Shown piece after piece: positions 36,799 through 50,236 of a DNA stretch of 64,000 nucleotides. The notes under the pieces were generated by a model that saw nothing but the letters and a program-made list of their open reading frames with translations, did no database searches and was not told the DNA's origin. The DNA is from Bugula neritina (lineage: Eukaryota > Animalia > Bryozoa). Position 1 is the first letter of the stretch. Each line of letters starts with the position of its first letter. The stretch is taken from contig OZ037770.1 in NCBI GenBank assembly GCA_964035545.1, forward strand, positions 7,508,973 through 7,572,972, written 5' to 3'. A program made the position numbers and the translations under genes.

Positions 36799-38019
36799 AT
36801 AAGTAGCCTAGTATGCATTTTCAACTGCAACTGTTACTTTATCTTTCATTTATTACAACAGTTCTTTTTTCCAAGAAGTCAGGAGCTTGAGAATCAGAAG
36901 CATAGATAACTGTAAAACTGATACCACAACTTGAATCAAATTATTATCATGATGATTTTTTCGAATAAATAATTTGTAACCAAAAGAAAAATTTCAAAAT
37001 TATTATATTTATTTCCGCTGACAAATGATAGTGATTATGCTTCGGGCTTGTAGCAAACTAAAAGTAAAATTGTCTAAAAAGATTAGGGTTAATAATTAAA
37101 ATAAATTATTTATTTATTTAAAATTGCTATTGCTGCTCACAGTACATACTGAATAGTCCAATGAACTTCAAGTTTCACTTGATTGTTGTATTAGTTTAAT
37201 GAACTAAAGTACCACTGACAGCGACAGTTGAGTAAAACACTCAGTCTCATGAAACTGAGTTATTGTTACAACTGTGTGGTCATGACACTTGACAGTAACA
37301 CTAACTTACTCTAAACAGCATATATAATAATAATAAGTAATAACCATTACTATTATGACAGTCACACTATAACAATGATTATAATAAGTCATAAAAAGTG
37401 CAAGTTGAGGCAAAACAAAAAAATGTCACTAAAAATGATGATCATTATGATTATGGTGATTATAATAAAATTAAATATAATACTGATAGCAATACTTCAA
37501 GTTCAACTTAAAATACAATATTTATAAATCAAATAGCTGTGTTATAAACCTAAACTAGATCTGGTAGTACTATCACTTGTACTGTTCATGTTGGTTCTAA
37601 CAGTAACAGTGCAAGACTCAGACTCAGACTGTGTGAGTGTACCTGATAGTGATTAGCCTTGTTTTTACTGTTAAAACTAGTGCTGTACTGAACTGAGACC
37701 GTAGAGCTAGTACTACTGCTACTAAACAAGCTACTAGTCAGCCGCACAACTTTGCCTCTATTAATACTACTAGTCCTAATGATCCTGATAATCATAATGA
37801 TCATGGTCACAGTGATTGTAATTACAATAATGAATTTGAAATTTTTCTCAAAGTCATACAATTAAATGGGCCATGACTCAATAAAAGTTATGCTTGCTTT
37901 ATTTTGCCTCATCATTGTGATTATCAGGATTATTAGTATTACTGTTCAGCTTTCTGTATTGATGTATACAGGTTTTGATACCAGCGTGCTTGCGACTCTG
38001 CAACAAAAGCAAAAGGGTG

Positions 38020-38220
38020 TAGACTCTCGACCTTGCAAATAACTCCAGGGTTACCGTAACCGAATGGTTTTATGAGCAGCTCCAAGTTGGGGGTAACTGA
38101 GTGCAATAGTTCTAAATTTTGCGTTTGGAAATGTAGCTCCAAGTTTTAATTTATACCCGTAACTCCAAAGTCGAGAATCGCAAATTATTTTACTCGGTAA
38201 CCCTCAACTTGAAGCTGCTC
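38020..38220. mobile_element. CpG-rich inverted-repeat fragment (probable MITE relic)
   Basis: GAGCAGCTCCAAGTTGGGGGTAACTGAGT (38074-38102) pairs imperfectly with ACTCGGTAACCCTCAACTTGAAGCTGCTC (38192-38220). A second weaker pair CTCTCGACCTTG / CAAAGTCGAGA overlaps it. Confidence 0.45.
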
Positions 38221-39808
38221 CTACAACTAATCTTTTGCTAAAAGTCAATAATATTCACCTTATTTTAGTCTCATGCGACTAAGGACACACATGTATACCG
38301 TATTCATCTTCTTAATATAAGGAAGATAACTCTATGCAAATTACAAGTAAAACAGGATACATACTGTACACATACATATTACATGCAATCGATATAATTA
38401 TGATACCAGTTAAAGTAGTAACGAAACTTGTTCCTCTACCAAAAAAGTTTGCAGCTGATTTTCATTATATACATAGAATCTCTGTATATATAAATCGTGC
38501 TATTTTAAGAAATAAATAAATTCTAAGTGCTATCTAGCTTGCATCCTTTGAGCTGAATATAGAATCAATATCTACAGGCCAACAGCACTATATTTGCCCA
38601 TGGGAAATGAGATGCTGCCAAATAGAAAGTAGGCAGAGCTTCAACAGGCTAATCTGTGATTTGTTCGTAAATGCACTTGTTTGAAACCTGTAGAACTTTT
38701 CAATTGGCATGTGCCCATTAAATAATATGAAGTCATAAACTATATATAACAAAGTTTGGTAAGAAAGCTGTGGAAACTAGATTCCAGCCTTATGTTTACT
38801 GCTGAGCCACACATGCAACTGGGCCTACAAGTAAAATCTATTACAAATGAAAGCTGGCTGAATGGCTTTGTTTGCCACTGTTAACAAAATATTGCAATAT
38901 TTTTGCATACAGTGTATGTAGCAATGAACAATGCATTATCTAAAAACTGTTTTCATAAACATTCTATACAGGAGACACAGTTATGTTATAATGATTTTAG
39001 ATTAGAATGACAAATGTTAAACATGACTGAATGTACTTAAAATATTAGCATCTATAATAAAACTAGAATGTTATATTTAAAGAATGGAACTGTAAAAGTA
39101 TAGTTGAAAACAATTAAGAATGTTATTAAGTTATTACAGTAGAAATCTTTGAAAGCAAATATAAGTATAAAGTTGGTGTTATTTCAAACACCTAGTCTTA
39201 GCACTGTCATAAACAATGCAATATTCAATCTGATCATCATTCTTCCCATGATGTTAGTTGACAATATGATATTCACTTGTTGGGGTTTGGCCATAATACC
39301 ATTAACAGTCTACAGATATTAGATCAACTATAAACACGTCACAGAGTACCATAGGTAATTTCTGTATTTCAATGCATAGGCTTACCCAACTATTCCAATC
39401 AGCCAGGCAGCTATGATGATGTACAAGAGCAAAATTTGAACTTTATTATAGGCTTAGTTATATCAATAACACTTCCCTGCCGTGAATGCTAAAAAAGCAG
39501 ATAGAGTTATCACCCCTTTTGCTTTATTTTGCATGCTCACAGTGATAACAATAAAATAAAATTACAAGCAAAAATAAGCCGTCTTTATTTGTTATCACCA
39601 TATGCACATCTACATATAGATGACTCCTCAAATGTAGGCTGAATTTATGAGGCGTATAACTGACAAAATACCTGAAGTGAAAAAACCCAAAAAATATATA
39701 ATATATTATAAAACAATGTATCCAAAAGTTAAAATATTAAATGATGAGTGTGTCTGTAGGTGCAAAATGACTCATTTCGAAGCTACGCTGAATAAAGCAG
39801 CATGCATG

Positions 39809-42800
39809 TCAAGTCATGACATAGGCCTTGCAGTGCAGTCTCCTGCTGTTGTGTGTGTCGTCCATTTGGGTCTGTAGAGAGAGCTTGTCTGACATGTAGC
39901 CCTCTATTCCAGGCAGGAAATATTGTCCATGGTGCTCAATGCATGAGAAACAAAAGGGAGCGTCTACTGAACATTCTTCATCCTAGAATATAGAAACTCA
40001 CTATTCATAAAGCCTAAATTTGGGCAGTAACACATTAATAACATAATAATGTGTAGAGTAACATATAATATAACATTTTATACAGTAATATACAACACAA
40101 CAGTTTATACAGTAATGTATAACATAGCAGTTTATACAGTAATAATATATAACATAACAGAGTATACAGTAATATACAACACAACAGAGTATACAGTAAT
40201 ATACAACACAACAGTTTATACAGTAATATATAATTTATGCGTATTACCAGCATAATAATTCTATTTTTTTGCATTATGATTTCATGTTTTTGTGAACACA
40301 CCATCACATATGCTGTAAATAAAGGTTGTTCATGCCCAAGCTTGTGTATTATAGTTAAAACGAATTGAAAGTTTTGTAAACACTCTGGAATAAAGTAAAA
40401 AAGAGTTTAGGTGACTAAACAGTTTAATAAACCGCTCTAGCAACACACTATGGTAGCATACATTATATATGTTTGATATTTTGTCATATTTTTGTGGTAT
40501 ATGTGACTTTATTTTAAAGAACTTTCAGGTTTTCTGGTAACAAATTATACTAGACATTGAAAGACAATCAAGACATCTAAGCAGTTATCAATATATTGTA
40601 GTACCTCATTCTCTTTGCATATTGTATAGTTGGACAATAACGACACATTTTCCTGGTACAGCACCTCCCCTTTGGTGTGATAAGCATATGGCTGTAGAGC
40701 GAGTCTTTTTGGCACTATGTGAGGAACTGGGTCACTTTCATACACTACTCTCCAGCTGTTGGTTACCAACTGAAAGTACATTAGCATGTAATAATAGTAA
40801 GATTAGCAAACCCTAGCAAGAATATACCAGGTTAGGAAACACGAGAAGCAACATAATCAATAGGTTGGCTCTACCTAACACTCCTGCAGTAGAGGTTGTG
40901 TTAAGAACAAAAATATCTAGAATAGTAAAAAAAATTATTAAAATTTTTTTGTTATGCACTATAGCTTTGCCTCCTTGACCAATGTAGCTTCAGGACAAAT
41001 GTAGCTTCAAGAATGTGTAATTAGAGCAATGAATTTGTTCAAGACTAGCTCCAAAAGCTCCAAAAGGCATGTGATCTGCTATGTGTCGACATATAAACTG
41101 CTGCTCTACGAGCTCACAGAATTCCTTGGTTTAGAAAACATGCTTATTTGAAAATGAGGAAAGTTGCATCTAAAATTTATGAATGCTTGCTTTTAACTTT
41201 GTATACAAAAATTAACAATAATGCTATAAAATATTATTTATCTATTAAACATAGGTAAACTCTAAAAGCACACAGATTCAAATTTATCATGTTTGCTGGT
41301 TTGTACCCAAATATATTTTTGGCACAATACATAGACTTAACATGCAGATGTTACAAAGTTTGAACGGGTATACATAATTAAAATACTAATTAAGTTGCTA
41401 ACTTTGTCATAGCTGATGGCAAAATCCACATCTCCAACTCTAGGGGCGCCAAAAGCATAAACATGAAGTTGAGAATTGTTGACCACCTGGTCAGCCACCA
41501 GTCTTGCTGCCGTCAACTGGGCCTGTGCACCGCCTGTAATAAAAGTAGAGTCAAGCAATAAAATATTCTTAAATAAAGACATTCCGATTTGCCAGTTGCT
41601 GTATGCATGTGCGGAGGAAAATAGGCAGAAAGATACAATGATATGACTTTGTTTAATATTTTATATATCACTATCTATTTTACGGCTATTTATGACATTT
41701 GAACAGAGTAACTAATGTACATTTAACTAACTGTTTCATTTGTGAAACATTGTTATTGTCTTTCTATTAATATCCTATTTGTCACCGCAGACTGCATGCC
41801 AATAACTTGATTCAACTTTACCTTAGGATTTTCTAATTCCATTTCTGTAATGGAGCACAATAATTGAAACTAATCAAACTATGGCTTTAGAGATTTTATT
41901 TTTTAAATATTCCATTAATATTTGTACAAAATCATCAGGTAAAAGTGTAGTTTCTCACCCAAAGAATGGCCGGTCAGTATGACTTGATGCTTGGAGGAGT
42001 TGCCAGTAAGTATGTCCTCCACTATACTCCGCACACACGAGTACAAACTGTCATGTACTCGACTATTATACCTCAGAATCTGAAACAATACCAACTATTC
42101 TATCTCTTTATAATACATGTATATCTCTATGTATTTCACTACATGTATTACACTGCTACTACATTACTGCTACTATATTACTGCTATTATATTACTGCTA
42201 TTATATTACTGCTACTATATTACTGTTACTATATTACTGCTATTATATTACTGCTATTATTCTGTCTCTCTATATCTCTCTATGTATTTCACTACATGTA
42301 TTACACTGCTATTATATCACTGCTATTATATTACTGCTACTATATTACTGTTACTATATTACTGCTATTATATTACTGCTATTATTCTGTCTCTCTATAT
42401 CTCTCTATGTATTTCACTACATGTATTACACTGCTATTATATCACTGCTATTATATTACTGCTATTATATTACTGTTACTATATTACTGCTACTATATTA
42501 CTGCTACTATTCTATCTCTCTATATCTCTCTATGTATTTCACTACATGTATTACACTGCTACTATATCACTGCTACTATATTACTGCTATTATATTACTG
42601 TTACTATATTACTGCTACTATATTACTGCTACTATATTGTTACTGTTACTATATTACTGCTATTATATTACTGTTACTATATTACTGCTACTATATTACT
42701 GCTACTATATTGTTACTGTTACTATATTACTGCTATTATATTACTGTTACTATATTACTGCTACTATACCACTGTTACTATATTACTGCTACTATATTAC

Positions 42801-45800
42801 TGCTACTATACCATTGCTACTATATCCCTGCTACCATATTACTGCTACTATATTACTGCTACTATATTGTTACTGTTACTATATTACTGCTATTATATTA
42901 CTGTTACTATATTACTGCTACTATACCACTGTTACTATATTACTGCTACTATATTACTGCTACTATACCATTGCTACTATATCCCTGCTACCATATTATT
43001 GCTACTATATTACTGCTACTATATTATTACTGCTACTATATTACTGATACTATATTACTGCTACTATATTACTGCTACTATATTATTACTGTTACTATAT
43101 TACTGCTATTATTTTACTGCTACTATATCAATGCTACTATATTACTGCTATTACATTACTGCTACTACATCCCTGTAACACAGTAACACGATACTTGTGC
43201 AATGCTGTGAGTATAGATGGTGAGACTAGACATACCTGACCACCAACAGCCTCAAAGTGCACCATGCCAGTAAATCCAAACAGTAATTCTTCTATTAGTT
43301 GTACAGGAGATCCAGTGCCACTGAACGCCACCACAACATGCTGTTCAGAGCTTGAGATGGCCACCACAGCAGAGCATGGCCCATAGTCCATCAGTAGGTC
43401 ACAATCACTGGTTACTACCTCCACTAGCTATTGAACAAATCACCACAATTTAGCAGCTCAGTCAGCTTACATAGAAATACTATTCACAAGTGTAGATTTT
43501 ACAAGAGTATATGTTGTAAATTTAGTTTTAAAAAATGTTTGTAGTTACAGTTTTTTTATATTCGTAAACTGTTATAGGTCTATATTATTATTGACCATGT
43601 TTAGTCTAATTGTTTATCTATCTATAATGCATGCAGCTGTATCATGTAATATAACAGTGACTACAGTCTATGGCTCAGGCCACACCTGTGGCCCTACGCT
43701 ATACAAGATAAAGACTACTTGTTTTGTTAAAACAGTTGAAACCCTCAGTATTTACTTAGCTAGAAACAGTACAATAGTTTGGGACAACTTGACCAGTTGG
43801 GGAGAAAACTCCTTTAATTCAACGAAAATGAGTTAAATGCTATTTGATGATACAGGCAGCAGTAATCGAGCACCTATTCAAATAGGTTCATCAATACTCT
43901 ATAGTACAATAGCAGTGCTTTTACACCAAGTAGCTTTTAAAACTGACCCTAGTACGGGTAACATGCTAACAGCTGTACTTCTATACAATGTACTTCTATA
44001 TATTGTGAGCCGTTTACCTCGTAGGGTGAAGCAAACTCCTGAGTAACAAGTTGTTTAAGAGACGTGACATTTGTTTGCCATGGTGGAACATAAGCTAAGG
44101 AGGCCCATCTAGCCATTAGTTCAGCCAACCCAACGCTGTAGTTGTGTCCACCTTCAGCTAGAATGTCAGCATCACATTCCGCTGGACTACTCAGGTCCAA
44201 CAGTGTGGAAGAACTGCAGTCATTGCTAACTGCAACCACAATCACAGCTCTCTGATTAATATATACCAAATATTTTTGTAGTTTTTGGCACAGTTAACAC
44301 CACATGTTCCTTTAGCAAGGTTAAAAGCATTGCATTAGCCAGACGCTGTATTTCATTAATAAGAAACTAAAATCTGGTAAGTAAATGGTTTTCCAGATTT
44401 GGGTGTATCAGAAAGAAGCATGGTTATTCTAAAATACAAAAAACAAATTTGGGATGAAGAGCTTATTCAAAAGTAAGTTTTTTGTTCATTCAATAGGAGT
44501 AGCAGAATATCTACCCGCCATGCAATTATATTCACAGGTTTTGAACATGTCGAAACTTTGATGTTTCTGGGAAAATAATGATAAAACCAAAAGGATAGTG
44601 TTTTATTTTGAAAACAGTCAAGCTCATCAAAATATAATGTTGAGTCAATAGTTTCTTTTTTCAGAGTTTGGTTTAAAAAAAATTATAAACTTTCAAATTT
44701 AAAGTAACAGTTTTTTAGATGCCAATACATTCAAATCATCATATCTGAGGAATACGTGTTTCTATCAAAAAACTAAACATAAATGTGCAAAACTCAAACC
44801 CCAAACACAATTAAACTTGCCAGTGAAAGTTCTAAGCATGTATTTTTGATAGTATTAATCCTGTTCTATTGCATTCTGGCACCAATGCAATTGTGTCTAT
44901 ACATTGAAGCTGAAAAGTGACTTGTACATTTGCCAATTAACTACAATTTGTTAGCTATTACATCTACTTATATGTTTACTAACTTAGATTTTGTCATTGC
45001 GTAAGCAAATAAAATAATATAAACAGTTGAGGTTTGACCTTAGAGCTATGCAATGTTTGAATTGAGTAGTCCTCTGTTATCATGACACTAGAGCCAAAAA
45101 GCTTATAATTGATAACATAACAATAATTATCCAGCAGTAGAATTATTTTAGCAGCTACTACATGCTGGCTATATGTTAGTATAAGCTGGCCTAACTTATC
45201 AAAAGTAAACTTGAAGGTCAAAAGAACTGAGGGGTCCAAGGAAACTGCTTATTGATGCTGATTTTGCCCAGGTGCTGGTCACTGAAAATACCAGGTGCTT
45301 CAATTCATATGATTTGTATCATTGAATAAGTTCAAGTTTATAAATTTAGAATAATGTAACAAAATCTTCTAATGTATATGTAAGTTCAAGTAGGTCATAG
45401 AAAGATGTTTTAAGAAGCAAGAAGATTGAACTGTGGACCAGTACATAGTAAATTCAGCTGTTGCTAAATCAAAGCAGCAAATGAATTGACAAGTAATGCT
45501 TATCAAGAAGACCAGTGCCTGTCACTGCCACAGTGTGAAAGGTTGGCAGAGTCAGCTGAGCTGTATTCACTAAAATCTTAACTTTGGTTGTACTTTTTGC
45601 TGCAGAAGATGAACTATAATTTTTGTTGAGAAAATTAAAAATGAAATATTTGCACATGGCACTTGGTATCAATAAATGTTATTAATATCCCATGAAATTG
45701 TAATATTGTGTCTCAGGCATTATGCCATTTATTTAATTCTTTTTCTTTATATCTTTCATTATCATCATAGTATAAAATTACAACTTTATTTAAAATGTCT

Positions 45801-46462
45801 AAACTAGTAAAATCACAATGGAAATGTTTTTAGAGTTACAACAGTTTTTAGCATAGATTTTGAAATAAAAAGTTCAGTTCCCTTGGTAAGTAAATAAAAA
45901 ATTTCTAAAATCTAAAAACGTAAATTAAATTTAGTCAATGATGTTTCAGAAAAAATTCAACTGGGAACTAAAATTTTTTACTTTGGTTTAAAATTAGTTA
46001 GCAATTGTACTGCTGCCTAAGTCATAATTGATTATAATTTAAATAAATTTAATCTGGTTGCCAAAGCTGTACAAGTTACACCCTTTGTTTATGATTATAT
46101 AACCCCTTGTGATATAATGTATAATGTTCTTTTATGCAAAGACAAACTAAAAATGTAATCTGTACAATGAGTAGGCTTTCACATGCAGTAATAAATTGTG
46201 AGTTGATGTATATAATATTATGATTAATATATCAATGAAGCAAATGGGAGGTAAGGTTTATAATGTTACCTGATAGAGGGTGGTGACATGTTTGTGTGAG
46301 TAAGCACCATTTGCATCCCATAAACCACTGCCTGGTGTTCAGACAAGAGCTGCAGTTTGATTGCTGACTGCAATAACCAGATCTAGCGGCAGCAACGTTT
46401 TGAAGCAGGGAGAGTAGCAGCAAAACTACAGAAATTAGGCATATTTTGTGACTCTTCAACAT
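39809..46462 (-). CDS. Secreted class-3 (fungal-type) lipase with N-terminal PSI-like Cys-rich module (395 aa, 7 exons)
   Basis: Exons (minus) 46462-46270, 44229-44018, 43427-43236, 42079-41959, 41533-41403, 40769-40605, 39982-39809; 1188 nt. Signal peptide MLKSHKICLISVVLLLLSLLQNVAA; CSQQSNCSSCL...CKWC...C; VVVAFSGT, ILTGHSLGGA (catalytic Ser), FGAPRVGD, RVVYESDPVPHI (Asp), IEHHGQY (His). Confidence 0.92.
40040..40232. repeat. ~30-bp minisatellite
   Basis: TACAGTAATATACAACACAACAGTTTA-type units in the last lipase intron. Confidence 0.85.
42117..43170. repeat. 14/17-bp TATTACTGCTACTA minisatellite with ~120-bp higher-order units
   Basis: Fills lipase intron 3. The block CTATGTATTTCACTACATGTATTACACTGC recurs 4 times at the left end. 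Confidence 0.95.
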
Positions 46463-46739
46463 TATTGACCTTCACACCACAACTCCCAGCATCAGGCAAA
46501 TCCAGATCTGAAAGCATGTTTATGTAAACAATGAAAAAAAGAATTTCAGCAGTTAAAATAATAATGCATTAAAAAGTCTTAAATCAAAAATATACTTGTT
46601 AAATTACTGAATATGCTTTAAATATACTTTAAATCTATAAGACAACTACTTTAATTGGTGGAGAAACAACTCCTCTTTAAAATTATATCTAGACATCACA
46701 TCTGTGAAACAAATGTATATCAAAGAATACAATATTTGT

Positions 46740-47320
46740 GACCACACTGGACTAGCTGACTGTAGCAGCACTTGGTAAAGAGACCATGATTATGTCTGCT
46801 CCGGGATATCAGTCACAATTAGACAAAATTTTCCTAGTTAATCCATGAGAAACTTCTGAACCTCTTTCCCATATACCATATTATATGTTGAAGACTCCCT
46901 AATTATCTTACATAACTAATTCATCTATCAAAACCACTTTTAACCTAAAATAGTCAATGTGAGCGCAACTAAGTACATGTTCAGCCACACAGAATCAAAT
47001 TACAAGCCGTAACTTATGCAAGCTGACAACATTGTGTGGTATGGTTTTGTCCTGCTGATTCAGCAAGATCAAACAAAGTATCTGATCACATTGCCTGGTT
47101 TGACAATTCAACACCATTAGAATTGTTGAGGAGAGGCTGTGGTTCATTTATGGAAACTTTTAGACTAACGCTCTTTCCAGCAGTGGTTTTGACAGCTAAA
47201 TGATCAGCAAACTCATTGATGCTGTTGCCAAGATCTTGAATATTGTTTCTTACAGACCTCAGACATGCTGACTGGAACTCATTGATGACTTGCCAATTTT
47301 TATCATGCCATATGCTCTAG
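46740..47320 (+). mobile_element. Possible highly degraded CR1/L2-type LINE relic
   Basis: Scattered frame-shifted words resembling LINE endonuclease/tether motifs (TW..., PGYQ, WFIYGNF, FLTDLRHADWNSL). Weak, by eye only. Confidence 0.25.
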
Positions 47321-50111
47321 CTCTAATTCAAGATAACTCAGGCGTTATTAACAACTGTTGACATTGTTAAAATGCTTTTTGTTCAAAGTTAGTAATTGCC
47401 CAATAAAAATTGAAACAATGGCCTTGCCAACAGGTTGTCTAGCCAGTGAAGATCGGAATAACAGACTTACCAACCGGCTGCCAACCTACCCCAATCAGCT
47501 ACAGGCATTTTATATACTTTTTAATTTCAGTCAACTTTATTGTAGCTGATCTTCAATCAGCTACGATTTCACATATAGTAGACATGCAATAAGGTCAGAC
47601 TATTGTTGGTGAGTGAAAAATGCTTACATAACTTGTTATCTAATTTTTAGTTTGAAATTTAGGAGCAGCTGTTCTGTGTTAGTTTGAGTTACCACTTAAC
47701 ACTCAACAGCTTTCCCCTTTCACCATCCTCCACACCCCTAACCATCCTTCTCCAATCACTAAGAGAGCAGATTCTGCAGTTAGGCTAAGAAAGTTGCTTA
47801 AACCTAAGTTTTTTATAGTTCTTTATAAATTTGAATTTGTAATGTAGGTTGAGCTTCTTTAGGTAAATTTATTATTTTGCATTAAAAAGTTATCATCTAG
47901 AATAATGATTCATCACGTTTTTCTCCCACTACACATGCTTTACATTTCCCCTTCATTTATTAATATTTCTGTTGAGTAAAAGTTTTAATAGTTATAGTTA
48001 TACTGTTTCTATACAATAGTTGTTAATACTTAAAGTTAATAATAATAATCACAACTTTAGCAAATATTATATATAGTTATACTGTTAGTATTACTATACA
48101 GAACTCTTCTTTAAATATAAGAAAAAGCTTAGATTACGTAACAGCCAATACATGCATTTATATATAATTCACATACCTTTTACTTACTGCTGTTTCTATG
48201 TCTATCAATGACTGCCGACTGGAGAGATGTAAAACTCTATTTACAGTATTTTCACTTCATACCGTCTGTTGACATTGTAAAGTTTGTACATGTAGATACG
48301 TCATGTGGCTTGATAGAACATGCCCAATCAGCTGTTAACATAAGAAGTGAAAGGTCTTCTTGCCAATTAATCAGTCACAGGTCAACTAACATCTGCAGAT
48401 TTCAACATAAAAAATAATATTGTTCTCAATTAGTAGATAACTGATCCACCCATAATTGTATCTAGAAAATCATCTAATAAGTTATGAGTTACTTTCATTG
48501 TTTATATAAAGGCAGTCGTCATTCATCAGGGGCAAGATATAGGAACTCTAATCTCTGCTTTTTATATCAGAAACAAAACTGCTAACTTTACATCAAATTC
48601 TAGCAGATAGTTTTAGCATGCGAGGATTGCTATTCATAGCTTGGAGTTGGGGGTTTGGAGTTTGGACAACCACATGTATACAAATACTGCACCTGGTCAC
48701 CCCGAAATTTGATGCTGCTTCTATCGATTTCTGACTGTTGACATAAAGGCTGTCTACACAAAACTGGCTGTAACTTCGAATGAATAGCATTTCATGCAGT
48801 AAATGTATTTGATATTTGCTAGCTTAAACAATCTACAACTATTTGTATCCTAATTTAATAAACATTCAGCTTGTATATTAATATATGATTAAAACTGTGC
48901 TACACACACTGGAGTGAAAAACAATATTCTCAGGTATAAAAGAAGGGTTATGTAACAGAAAATGGTTTGATGCAGTATGTATGTTTTGGGGCTACTGAGT
49001 GCAGTGGTTGGGGGAGAGGGGCTAGCGAATTTGGGGTTGGGGGCTTGGAGACATCAGACATCAGACAATGATGTGTGTACAAATACTGCACTGAGTGACC
49101 ACAAACTTTGTGCTGTATCTAGGTAGTAGTGATATGCTGTATACATAAAGCACACATGTGTAGCAACACATGCAGGTATATATCCGATGACCTTTATTAC
49201 ACAGTAATATACATAGGTTATCACCCATAATACTTTAAAGATGGGGCAAAATGGACTTTGTGATGGAATCAGCTATTGCTTTGTGTGACACTGGCCTGTT
49301 ATAGTGAATGCTGTTATCAGATATCTGAAACACTAGTGTTCCTGCCTATTATCCCAACATTTATTGCAAATAACCAGTAGCAGTGATTATTGCTTGTGAG
49401 CTGCCTATGAGCTCATCCCTACAGTCTATATCTAGTCCTTCCCAAGTTTTAAATCAGACTAAAGACTAATCATGGCTGTTGTGTTTTATACTTAATTCGC
49501 AATAGAGCATAGACCATCTGTTTGTACTTTAGAAGAGTTATCTTCTCTTTTACATACAATATGGGGGTTATTCTCCCACTGTTTAATACATTATAAGGGT
49601 TATCCCCTCTGTTTAATCAATTATGAGCACCATAATATTATTCTATTATTTGGCTAAAACATTTCAACCATGGATGCAATATTTAACTATTTCTTTTAAT
49701 AATGAAATCATCTTTCAAAATTCTCAAGATGCATTCAAGTGTCCTAGGAATAAGAAAGTTTTGTAAATATAAAAGCTGTGCATTAGTAGGCAAAAGTGCA
49801 CCCTTATAATTGGGTGTTTTTATTTTATCAAAACTATTTTATCTATACACTGTTTCATATTTGTGCAACTGAGCAACTGAAACGTGAAATTCTTGGATTT
49901 AGAGAACTTTATTAATATTTCAAATTATAATTGAAATGCACTGAATGAGAGCTGAAATTAACTGTTGAAAGTGAAGCAAAGCAAAGCATACAAACTAATC
50001 AACAGCTGTTTCCAAAATATTTATGCTATTTTCATGCATATAGGGGCTGCACGTATAATATTGTTAGTTTGTTGGCAAAAGCCTGCCTTTTGCAAAATAT
50101 TTTGCAAAATA

Positions 50112-50152
50112 TTTTGTGTGTATATTTGTGTGTATATTTGTGTGTATACACA

Positions 50153-50219
<67 letters not shown>

Positions 50220-50236
50220 GCACACACACACACACA
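50112..50236. repeat. (CACG)n/(CA)n microsatellite preceded by short TTTGTGTGTATA repeats
   Basis: Direct reading. Confidence 0.95.

Noticed and set aside
41966-43186. 406-, 353- and 208-aa ORFs (YYCYYITATILLLL)
   Set aside because: Translations of the 14/17-bp satellite on the antisense strand of a lipase intron; open in all three frames, low complexity.
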